NCBI GenBank assembly: GCA_026936335.1
Contig: JAPMXV010000052.1
Coordinates: 372,001 to 436,000, forward strand
Direction: 5' to 3'
DNA from: Mantamonas sphyraenae STR306
Taxonomy: Eukaryota; Protista; CRuMs
DNA: 64,000 nucleotides
The notes under the pieces are model-generated. The model had not been told where the DNA came from, searched no databases, and was given only the letters and a program-made list of their open reading frames with translations. Every line of letters starts with the position of its first letter. Positions within the stretch are counted from its first letter, which is position 1. Below are positions 1 to 10,868 of the stretch, piece after piece. Made by a program: the position numbers and the translations under genes.

Positions 1-3000
1 ATGGCCGAGTCCTCTTCCTCCTGGTCCTGTTCCTGGGGATCATCTTGCAGGTAGGACACGTGGTAGTTTGCCACGCGGCCGGGATACTCCTCCTCCAGTG
101 CGGCCAGCAACGGGTAATGGGTAACAAAGAGGGTGGCGCAGCCCAGGTCGCGGATCATGTGCTGTGCGTAGGCGTAGGCGATGGCTGTGCCATCGTGTGT
201 GGATGTGCCCCGCCCCAGTTCGTCCAGGATGACCAGGGAGCGCTCTGTGGCCTGGCTGGCAATGTTGGACGCCTCTGCAAGCTCCACCATGAAAGTGCTC
301 TGGCCACGTGCCAAGTCGTCCGAGGCACCCATGCGCACAAAGACGCCATCAAAGACGCCGAGCTCAGCACTTGAGGCGGGCACAAACGAGCCAATTTGGG
401 CCATGACCACCAGCAAACCAACCATGCGGATGTATGAGCTCTTGCCACCCATGTTGGGCCCCGTGATGAGGCGGAACTGTTCGCCGTCGGCGTCGTCCAT
501 GCACATGTGGACGTCGTTGGGCACAAAGGGCGTGGTGAGCACACTCTCGATGACAGGGTGCCTCCCGTCGCGGATGACCAGCTTGCGCTCGTCCACCATC
601 GTGGGACGCACGTAGCCATTCTCCGAAGCGACGTGGGCCAGTGAAAACAAACAGTCCAGGTTGGCCAGGCACAGGCAGATCTCACGGAACAGGTGGTAGT
701 TCTGTGCAAACTCGCTGATGAGGTCGTCCCACGCCTGTTTGCAGGCCAGCATGAGTTTCTCCTTGTGCACTTCGCGCCGTTTGACCAGTTTGCTGATCAG
801 CGGGCTGTGGAACCGATGTAGCCGCTTGGTGGCACCGACCTTGAGCCAGTCCTTGGGGATGCGAGGCAACTGCATTTTGGTCACTTCGACCAAGTATTCG
901 TCCAGGAGCACGGTGCGGTATTGCAGATCAGGCAATCCCACAATCTCGCGCACCTCGTCCAGGTGCTCGTCCAGCGCTTGTTCGCACTCGGCAATGCCTG
1001 CCAGCTGTGTCTGCACCTCGGAAAGCTCCAGGTTGTGTCGGAAGAGGTCCTGCATCTTGTCCTGGCGCGCTGCATGGCTATCGAATCGTGTGAGGTACTC
1101 GCGCGCCAATTTGACAGCCTCTGGGTTCGCTCGGATGATTGTGGTCAACAGGCTGCTCTGGATGCCACTGCCGTTGTTGTTGTGCCGCATGCTGCCAGAC
1201 ACCTGCTCCAGTCTGTTTCCGATGTCGGCAAAGGTTTCAAGCAGCGTGAGAAACTCGCTGGGCGTCGATTTGCGATAAAAGGCGTTTGCCAGGCTGCGTT
1301 CCAGGTCCAACTTGTTGGATTGCAACATGGCCTGCAGCGCATGGAAGCGCGAGTCGCTGTCCATCTTTGTGCAGATTTCGCTGACTGCGTCGAGGCGCTC
1401 GTTTATGCGAGACTTGTCGATGAGGGGTCGCGTGACCCATCGCCGCAGCTGCCGCGCACCATAAGGCGTGCATGTGTGGTCCAGCTTCCATAGCAGCGAG
1501 CCGTACGTGTTTGCCGAGCTGCTGGAGGATACGCTGAGCCACGAGCCGGTGCTCCAGTTGCTCCTGTCTGTGCTCTGCACGATCTCCAGATTGTACAAGG
1601 TATTTGCGTTGAATTTCATCGCCGCGGCGTCGGTGAGACAGGAAAGATTGCTGCTCAAACGCAGGATGGCCTCCAGGTCGAAGCGCTGCAGGTATTGGAT
1701 GAGGACGTGAAAGCAGCCCAACACCGCCGCAGGCAGGTGCATCACGTCGACTACAGACGGCCCTTGCTGGCTGCTTCCCGCAGCGTCATTGTCATCTTCC
1801 TCACCGTCAGCTTCGCGGAAAAAGGCCAGCACGCGCGAATGGCCTGAACCGTCGCGAAAGTCGCTGGATGGCACGGGATGACGCTGCACAGCGGCACGGT
1901 CAAAGCCTCCTGGGGCGTTCTTTGCACGCAGCACGGCTGCGTCCAAACACTTGCTTGTCTGTACACTGAGATTATCAGCCACAAGAAGCTCGCTGATCTC
2001 GATGGCTGCCAGGCGCATCTCGAGGCCCGAGCGGTATGCGTCGTCGCGAAAGTGGTCATATACGATGTCTCCTGTGCCCGTGTTGACCCCCACCACACTG
2101 ATGGCCACTGTGCGCGGCATGCCTGCGTCCGCCAACGTAGACGAGGACGAAGACGAGCCGTCCTGTTCCTGCACACATAGCAACAGGCCTGCAGACCTCG
2201 CCTCCACGTCTTCAAAGATCGAGTCTCCCACCATGGTGCCCGATGTGTACAGTTCTTTGAGTTCACGCTTGAAGAGAGAGCTCTTGTTTGCGCCTGTGCT
2301 CTTGATGGCGCTGGTCTCCGTCTGGCGGACGACACCCACCGTAAAGCCCGCATGTACCATGCGCCGTGCATGGACTTTGAGTCTCTGGGTCGGAATACTG
2401 GCCGCCATCATGTTGTTCTTGCGGTACGCCACGATGTTCAGCACCTTGGCCGCGTTCTGTGTGCATGCACGCACGTTGACGTGACGGGCGTCAGCCGCGG
2501 GAAAAGCGCGCCAATTCTCGCCTGCTCCTCTCTCCTCCTTCCCACTCACCAGCGCATCCTCTCCAAACAGCATAAAGCGGTAGCCAGACTCGACAAACAG
2601 CAGCACATCCGGGTGCTGCATCTTCAGCTCAAGCACCTGCTGCTCCAGCGGCGTGTACTTGCTCTTGCCTTTGCCCTTCTTCTTCTTGCTGCTGCTGGCT
2701 GCGTCCACCTCGTCCAACTCCATCGCCTCCGACGCCTCCGGGTCCAACTGAGACACAGAGTCGTCGAGAGAGCCGGCTATGGGCTCTTCCATCTGCGCAA
2801 GGGCATTGAGGGCGGCTGCAGCTGGAGTGTGCGCTGATCGATCCCTCGTGGTTGTTTTCACGCCTCCCTCCGACGTCGACGCCGAGCTACCAAACGAAAA
2901 CGCACAAAGAGGGTCGTCCTCGAGCACTCGCTGCCTCTTGGGAGGATGTGGTGCCTCCTCGGGTGATTCGGTGGTCTCAGGCGCCTCTTCCCGTTCGGTT

Positions 3001-3118
3001 CTCTTTTCTGGCATCTTGAAGAAGCTGGCCAGGCTCAGCTGCTTGCTCTGTGTGTGGCGAGGTCGTCAGCATGACAGCAGGGCGCGGTCTGGAAGCCCAT
3101 GCAGTGACAACTGACCAT
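1..3118 (-). CDS. MSH3: DNA mismatch repair protein MutS homolog 3 (3' end runs off the window)
   Basis: Manual translation: ATG-only first exon (3118-3116), intron 3115-3048, then PIP-box MSKQLSLASFFK; KYTPLEQQVLELK...FGEDAL; intron ~2549-2457; Walker A ITGPNMGGKSSYIR (~470-430); LDELGGGTSTHDG-type Walker B region. Frame is consistent at the four points checked. Absent from the ORF track because there is no stop in the window. Confidence 0.93.
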
Positions 3119-3180
3119 TTTGGGGCACAAGGCTTCGGGTTTGCAGGCGCAGCGCCACCGCGCACAATCAATCTGCAAGA

Positions 3181-6035
3181 ATGACATCGAAAGTGACTGC
3201 GGAGCAAATGCCCGGCACTGCTGTTCAAGGCAGTGGAGATGCGGTCGCCAAGGTGAGTGTGTGTGCCCAGGGATGGCTACATGCAAACGGGCACTCGCGC
3301 GGCGCGCATTGCGCAAACACCGCAACGGCACTCTTCCCGGATTTGGACCTGACACGCGCGTACACTGCAGGAACGACCGGACATCGGCCTTGCCTTCTCT
3401 GGTGGAGGTATCCGCTCTGCCAGTGTGTGCTTGGGCATCCTCGAACGCTTCCACAAGCTCAACGTAAGTGTGTGGGGCGCCGTCACGAGAAAGACCGCGC
3501 GTTTGCGCTTTCATGTCGCGCAAGGACACTTTTTTTCTTGTGCGCAGCCGCTGGTCCTGCACGGCCGTGTGCGGGCCTGTTGTGCGTGCGCCAAGCCACC
3601 CGTACTCTGACACTCGGATTTCATGGTGTGACCATCTCGTGTACAGGCTGACAAGACATTCAACGGCCCAATTCCGGTGTCGTGTGTGTCAGGCGGCGGG
3701 TACACCGGCTCGGCCTGGTTCCAGTACCAACGCCGCATGCAGTACGACGAGGCGGTCAACTCGGCGAGCATCGATCCATTTGTCGCCGCCTTTCGTGATC
3801 GCAACGGGTATTGGACCTCGTTTACGACGTCGGCTCGCGGCGTCGTCGACACGCTTGTCTTTCTGCTCCAGCTGATCGTGTGGAGCTTGCTGTCCATTGT
3901 GGCCAACCTGTTGCTGGTGTTTCCCACCGCTCTTGGGTTTGAGGTCATCTTCCAGCAGCTGGTGGAGTGCTCCAACATCTGGGAGCCCATTGTGTCTGCC
4001 GCACGCAAGCCGCTGGCAGATCAGTGCATGCGAGATCTGGGCGCACGTGGCGTGCCCCTTACCCTCTCTGTGCTCTCTGCACTCATTGTCATCTTCTTTG
4101 TGCTCTTCTCGCTCGAGCTGATCACCAAGAAGGCGTCGCACGCCTCGCTCAGCTTCAAGGTGCTCAAGAACGCCGTGGGCTTCACTGCAGGCACGTACGC
4201 CATGGTGCTGGCCATTCACACCCTGCATCTCACCCCGATCCATAACATTGCCCTTGTGCTGCTGCTCATTGTGTACGGCTACCGCTCGCTGATGGGCCAA
4301 GGCTCGTACATTGCCGGTGTGGGCCTGTTTGTCTGGCTCGTGGCCATTGTGGCCGAGTGGAAGATCTACCGCAACCGTCTGTTTGGTCTGCCGTACACTG
4401 ACGGCACGTGGGACACCCTGCTGGCCATCTGCGCGGTGTGCATGCTTCTGCAGATCCGAGGCCTGCAGCAGTCCATCCTGCACTTCTTCTACCGTTGCCG
4501 CCTGCAGAACGCCTTTTATCTGGACGATCTGCATCCCAACGATGTGTCGGCAGCCCACCGTGCTGCGTACGGAGACGTGCTGCCCGACGTGCTCGATCGT
4601 GACGACATCAACGCCGAGTGCGGATGTGACCCCATCCACCTCAACACCGACGTGGAGTTTGCACAGCACGGCGACACTGGCAAGAACCGCTACGAGTACA
4701 TCGCCGCGTGCACAATCAACGGCTGGAAGCCGCGCTCGACGCTGTATGAGCAGGTGGAGCGACACGAAGAGGATATCGAGCACCGCGACGAGTACTTGCT
4801 GCCACCGGAGTTTGCGGAACACCACCTGATCGAATTTGGATCAGACAACCAAATGGCCGTGTACTTCCGCGACCTGGTGCTGCCGTACGACGTGAAGAAC
4901 AAGGAGAAGCTGCAGCCGGGTGACATGAACCCGCGTTTGGCCCTGGGTGCAGTGATGACCACCAGCGCAGCGGCCCTCTCCTACGAGCTGGGCAAGTTTG
5001 GTTTCCACGACAAGGCCATCCTCCTGAGCACAGGAGGGTACAACTTTGGCAAGTGGGTGCAGCTGCGCCATACTAGCAAGGTTGACTTTGTGCTCACCAT
5101 GGTGCTGTTCAACATCCTGTGTCCCCTGATTCTGCTGATGATCTCTTTCGGTGTGCTGCCTCCCGACGGCGTGTTTGCCCTGATGGCAATTGGCTTTCTG
5201 TGGCTCATCATGGTCATTGTGTCCGACCGCAAGCTGGGCTTCCACGCAACGTTTGCACGCAAGGCCTCGGTGCTGTTTGGCTTTGACATCTACGCCGACG
5301 AGCTGCCTGCATGGGCCTTCATCTCGGATGGAGCCCACCAGGAGAACCTTGCCCTGCTGCCGCTGCTGCGCCGCAAGGTCAAGACGATTTTACAGCGCAG
5401 ACAACGGTCAGGATCCGTACCAGCAGTGTGCCGACTTGCTGTACGCTGTGGAGATGGCGCGCACGTGTCTCAAGTGCTCGTTCCATGCGGGCCCCGAGCA
5501 CAACGACGGAAACGACGACTTTGAAACCGCGTTCCGCCGCTGGAACCTGAGCCGCGAGAGCGTGTTCCACATGACGGTGACATACGACGACGGCGACGAG
5601 GTGAGCGATGTGTACTACCTCAAGCCGCGCCGCAACCCGTTCGACGTTGAGGTGGAGTACCCGGAAGGTTTGGACCCGATGGAACTGCCGGGCTGCTGCT
5701 GCTCGGGATGCCACCACAGCTCGCTGGTGCGCTGCATGTGTGGTCCCAACACCTGCGGACGCTACCCTGCACACACTACCGCCAACCAATTCTTTACCGA
5801 CGCCATGTTTGAGGCCTACTACGCGCACGGCAAGGCGCTCATGAACAAGGCGTATGCCATGGTGCATGCTGGCCAGGATGAGGACAACCAGGATCAGGAA
5901 GAGGCGGAGGAGGAGGTTGGAACGGCGGTGGAAGAGGTTCAGCCCGAGGCCAAGGTGAAGGATGTGGAGGACGACGACGAAGAGTTGGCTGAGGAAGATG
6001 ACGAAGAGTTGGCGGAGGAGGGAGATGAGGCATGA
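3181..6035 (+). CDS. Multi-pass membrane patatin/cPLA2-like phospholipase (apparent +1 frameshift at ~5388)
   Basis: Exons 3181-3252, 3371-3463, 3647-6035. Oxyanion motif GLAFSGGGIRSA, nucleophile SCVSGGGYTG, catalytic Asp ISDGAHQENLALLPLLRR, C-terminal YPAHTTANQFFTDAMFEAY, many hydrophobic helices and an acidic tail. Confidence 0.8.
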
Positions 6036-6118
6036 TGATTGTGTGGAGCAAAGAAATCAATGCGTGCTTCGCTGTTGGCCCCACTGGAATTCCATCGCCT
6101 TTTCGCACCCCTGAACCC

Positions 6119-8015
6119 ATGGGAAGCTGCTGCTCATCCAGCTTTAGGTGGCTGGCGGCAAGTGCAGGTGTGATGGGATGGGGAGGAGGTGGTGGGGAAT
6201 ACGACGAGGAGGTGGACAGCGACGGAGAGGGACAGGGAGATCAGCGGACGCGTGAGTTGCTGTGGCGGGCGATAGGTTTCCAGCGAAATGCTGTGGTGGG
6301 CTGACAATTGCGTGAATCGGATGGCTGCGCGTGACTTGCACGATTTCCCATTGCCCTGTGTGCGTGCGTGAGTGCAGACGCTGGGAGTAGCGTTGTGGAT
6401 CTGACGCTGCGGAAGCTGGAAACGCTGCCGCAGGAAGTGCTGGATTCCGCAGACACACTGCGCAAGCTGGTGGCAGCGGACAACAAGCTGACCGGGTTGG
6501 AGGAGCCCTCAAGAGGCATTCTTCGACAATTGCATGTGCTGCAGGCCCTGGACCTGTCCCACAACCATATCCGCAGCGAGGGAGTGCCAGCTGATGTGTT
6601 TGACTCGTGTGCAGACAGTCTGGAGGAGCTGTCCCTAAAGTCCAACCAGCTCCTTCGCATCCCAGAGGCTTTGCTGACGTTGCGCAATCTGGATGTGCTG
6701 TATCTTCAGGATAACCAGTTGGAGAGGTGCGTGGGTGGAGGGTTTGCGCGGCCGAATTGCAGGCACACCCTGGCTGTGGCTGACACACACAACACACATA
6801 CACGTGCATGCAAACGCACAACACAGTCTTCCCGAGGAGATTGGTCAGCTGAGCAATCTCACAGAGGTGTACCTGCGCCAGAACAAGCTGCGGACGTTGC
6901 CCAGCGGCCTGTTCCAGCTTCCAAAGCTGCGATACCTGGAAGTGAGCCAGAACCAGCTCACAGAAATCCCGAGCGAGATTGGCCAACTGCAAAAGACACT
7001 GGTGCGACTGTATGCAAGCGACAACAAGATGCAGGCGCTTCCAGACTCGCTGTGTGCACTGAAGAACCTGGCTGTGCTGCGGGTGGCTAGGAATCCGATC
7101 ACGGCGTTGCCGGATGACATTGGCAAGGTGAGTGCGAGTGTGAGTGCGAGTGCGCTGAGAGTGAAAGACAAGAGACACAGACGGAGCTGACACGGGCGGT
7201 GGCGTGGAGAGCAGTGTGCGAGGCTGCAGTTTCTGGACTTTGCTCACTGTGCGGTGAGCGACCTGCCGGAGAGCGTGAAGAAGCTGAAGCTGCTCAAAGT
7301 GGTGTATGCAGGACACAACAGGCTGCACATGCTGCCAAAGTGGGTGCGCGGATGGGGCAACGTGACGGAGTTGCGATTGGAAAACAACGGCCTCGAGGAG
7401 CTGCCACACGCCATCTACAACTTCAAGGCGCTCAAGACGCTGGTGCTGAACGACAACCTTCTGCAGGAAATCCCAGAGGACATCAGCAACCTTTTTTCGC
7501 TGCAGGTGATTGTGCTGGACAGCAACAGGTTGCGCCAGGTGCCTGCGGAGCTTGCAGAGCTGCACCAGCTGCGGCAGATCAGTGCCAAGAACAACTTGAT
7601 CCGAGGCGTGCACCCACGCTTCTGGACACGGGACGAGGACCCGCACAGCTTGCGGTTGAAGAAACTGCGTGGGGTGCAGCTTCAGGGCAACTGCATTGCG
7701 GCTGGACACATGCTGGAGTTGCGCAGCGCGTTCAAGCGTAGTCACCCCAACGTGCAGCTGGGCATGGCGGACAACAACAGCGAGCGCGTGCTGGACGACG
7801 GGCGCACGGATCTGGACGAGGAGGCGAGGGAACTCGCACGGGAATGGCATTCAAGCGCTCCTGTGCAACCGACAAGTAGGAGTGGCAATGGCAGTGGCAG
7901 TAGCAACAGCAGCAGCACAGGTCGTGGTGGGGGCAAGGGAGCCGCCGCAGCGGAGGAAGTGGAAGAGGTGGAGGTGGAGATTGAGGAAGACGTGCATGAG
8001 GCGTTGGTGACGTGA
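6119..8015 (+). CDS. Leucine-rich repeat protein with predicted N-terminal acylation (MGSCCS)
   Basis: Phase-compatible introns 6252-6377, 6727-6826, 7128-7214; many LxxLxLxxNxLxxLP repeats. Confidence 0.88.
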
Positions 8016-8078
8016 TCGCGAGTCCATTTCGTGGTGCAGAGCAAATGGAGCGCACAATCTATCCCTGAGCCTTGGTTC

Positions 8079-8899
8079 TCAGTACTTGTCGCAGTTTGCA
8101 GAGCTGTACTGCGTGCAGGTGCTGTCGCTGGCAGTCTCGGTGAACTTGAGGCCACCGTCCTCGACCAGGTTGTGCAGGTTGCAGTAGTTGGTGCCGCTGT
8201 TCGGGTTGGGGAAGGGTGTGTGCAAGTGTGAGCGCGAGGACGGGTGTGGGTGGGATGGGCTGGCTGGATGCTGAATTCGAGCACGTACTAGTCCAGGACC
8301 GCGTACCAGGTCTCCGAAGTGGAGTATCCCTGTGTGTGTGGGCGCGTGCAACCCGGTGTGAGATATGGGGAGAGCCTGCGGGCCTGCTGTGGCCGCCCGG
8401 AGCGGCCAGACGGAAGGCACACAAATCGCGGGGAGGAAAAAACTCACGTGCACATCGCAGTGTGAGTCGCCAGAGGCCCAGTTGGTCATGGTGATGGTCA
8501 GGTCGTCCTTGTAGTGCTTCACAGGCGTGGAGTGCACAAGCTTGATGGTGCCTGTGGGAGAATTGGAACCACTCAGGTCAGCAAAAAGGAGTGCGAAAGG
8601 GGCGAAGCGCGGCGTTTCGGATTCTTCGGATTCACGCAAAGCTCCGACCGTGGCCACTCACCGTTCTCCGAGCTCTTCAGGTCGTAGTTGCACTTCTCGC
8701 CGCTACCGCAGTCGCTGCCGGACATCTTCTTGGCCTGGGCCACAATCATGTCCGTCACGTTCTGGCAGTTGTCGTTGGGAAACACCCAGTCAAGGTTGCA
8801 GCTGGCGTGCAGCGGTCCACGCACACCGCGCATCTGCGTCGCAGACACGGCCATAGCCATCATCGCCACAGCAAGAATCACAATCGCAATCTTGGCCAT
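8079..8899 (-). CDS. Small secreted Cys-containing protein of unknown function
   Basis: Signal peptide MAKIAIVILAVAMMAMAVSA. Three GT-AG introns join exons to give ...GYSTSETWYAVLDYGTNYCNLHNL...CTQYSSANCDKY*. Confidence 0.8.
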
Positions 8900-8977
8900 T
8901 CTTGATCAGTTCAGGGGAAGTTGGCCACGCGTGCGCTGCGCTGCGCTCGTTCGCGCAACACCGAGCATCACGCCGTC

Positions 8978-9654
8978 ATGACCATCCGCTTTGTGTTGCT
9001 TGTGAACAAGCAGGGCCAGACACGTATGCACCAGTACTACGAGGACAAGAGCACTGATGAAAAGTCTGCGTTGGAGGGCGAGATCATCCGCAAGTGCCTG
9101 GCTCGCAACGACACACAGGTACGCCTCCCTTGGCTTGTCTGCGCACCCTTGGCCTCTATTTCTGTTGGAGACTACCCACCCGGTGTGCTTGTGTGCACTT
9201 GAGGGAGTGCCTGGGCATGCTGTCCGTCCCTCGGACGGTGTTGTGCACAAGTCTCCCAAGGCGGAAGCGGAGAGGGTCTTTTCGCTTCGTCACCGCTCAC
9301 ACTCTTTTCCCCCGCCGTCGTCCACCCTGCGCCACTCTTTATCCCCGCTCCCACTGTGCGCAGTGTTCCTTCATCGAGTACCAAAACTACAAGCTGGTGT
9401 ACCGGCGCTACGCGTCGCTCTTCTTTATCGTCGGCGTGGACGAAGAAGAGAACGAGCTGGCCATTCTCGAGTTTATCCACTGCCTGGTGGAGACCATGGA
9501 CAGGTACTTTGAGAACGTCTGCGAGCTCGACATCATGTTCAACTTGGACAAGGCTCACATGATCCTCGACGAAATGGTCCTCAACGGGTGCATCTTGGAG
9601 ACAAGCAAGACCAACGTCCTTGAACCCCTTAGCCTCATGAACAGGGTTCAGTGA
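8978..9654 (+). CDS. AP4S1: AP-4 adaptor complex sigma subunit
   Basis: [16 protein letters not shown]; intron 9119-9363; [48 protein letters not shown]. Confidence 0.92.
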
Positions 9655-9760
9655 GCGGATTCCTGTGTTCTTGCCAACTCCCTTTCCCTCCCCGAATGTA
9701 CATTTGCTCCTCCCTCCCTCTCCCGCGCTTCAGCATCCATCGCAATCGCCCCCCGGCTGA

Positions 9761-10702
9761 ATGTCCTCCAAGACAAACTCCAAAATGCCCCTAAAGGGCA
9801 AGGTGGCCATCGTCACGGGCGGTGCCAGCGGCATCGGCAAGGCCACGTGCGTTGCCTTTGCCAAGAAAGGGGCCGACATTGTGGTGTCGGACGTGCAGCG
9901 AGACGCAGGCGCAGAAACCGTGGCCGAGTTGAAGCAGCTCGGCGCACAGGCCATCTTTGTCTTTGCCGACGTCAGCAAGGCCAGCGACTGCGAAAACTTG
10001 GTTGCCCAAACCGTGAAGCAGTTTGGCCGCCTGGACATTGCCGTCAACAACGCTGGCGTAGCCGGGGACCTGCGCAAGCTCCACGAGTGGGACGACGACG
10101 TCTTTGACTTTACCATGGCCGTGAACCTGCGCGGCGTCTACCTGTGCATGAAGTACGAGCTGGAACAGATGATGAAGCAGATTGAAGACGAGGGTGTGGA
10201 CAGCACAAACCCGTACTCCATCATCAACACCTCTTCTGTGGCAGGCATCAGTGCGTTTTGCGATTTCCCCACGATCCTCTTTTTGCCCTCCGCCCGCAAG
10301 CTGCTCACACTCATCCTACTGCTTCATCGCACAACCTGCATGACACACATGCGCTCCGTGCTGCTTTCCATTCCCTCTTGAATGTGTTCTTTGTTCACAG
10401 CCTCCATGCCGTACAACTGTGCCTACGCCGCGTCCAAACACGCCGTTGTGGGCCTGACCAAGGCCGCCGCCGCAGAGTACGGCTCAAAGGGAGTGCGCAT
10501 CAACAGCATCAACCCAGGATTCATTGTCACGCCCATGACCGACATGCTGGACGAGCAGAAAATGTCCAAGCTCGTGCCCATGAAGCGCTTTGGCAAGCTC
10601 CACGAGGTTATCGCCGTCATGGAGTATCTCGCCAGTCCAGAATCCTCCTACGTCACAGGCCAGTCGCTCATCATCGACGGCGGTCTCACCTCCAAGCTTT
10701 AG
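9761..10702 (+). CDS. Classical short-chain dehydrogenase/reductase (FabG/glucose dehydrogenase-like)
   Basis: TGGASGIG, NNAG, YAASK and DGG motifs; intron ~10251-10400. Confidence 0.93.
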
Positions 10703-10868
10703 CGTGCATGTGTGGCCATCGCAGCGGCAAATGAACACCGCTTGAATTTTCATTCAGCCAACCTCGCCGTGCAGAGACACCTCGTGGCTTCGTTCATACA
10801 CCCTTGCCGTGTGCATGGGCTTCACTACGTGTTGAGTGTCCCGTGCTCCGTCCGACCCACCACATCCA

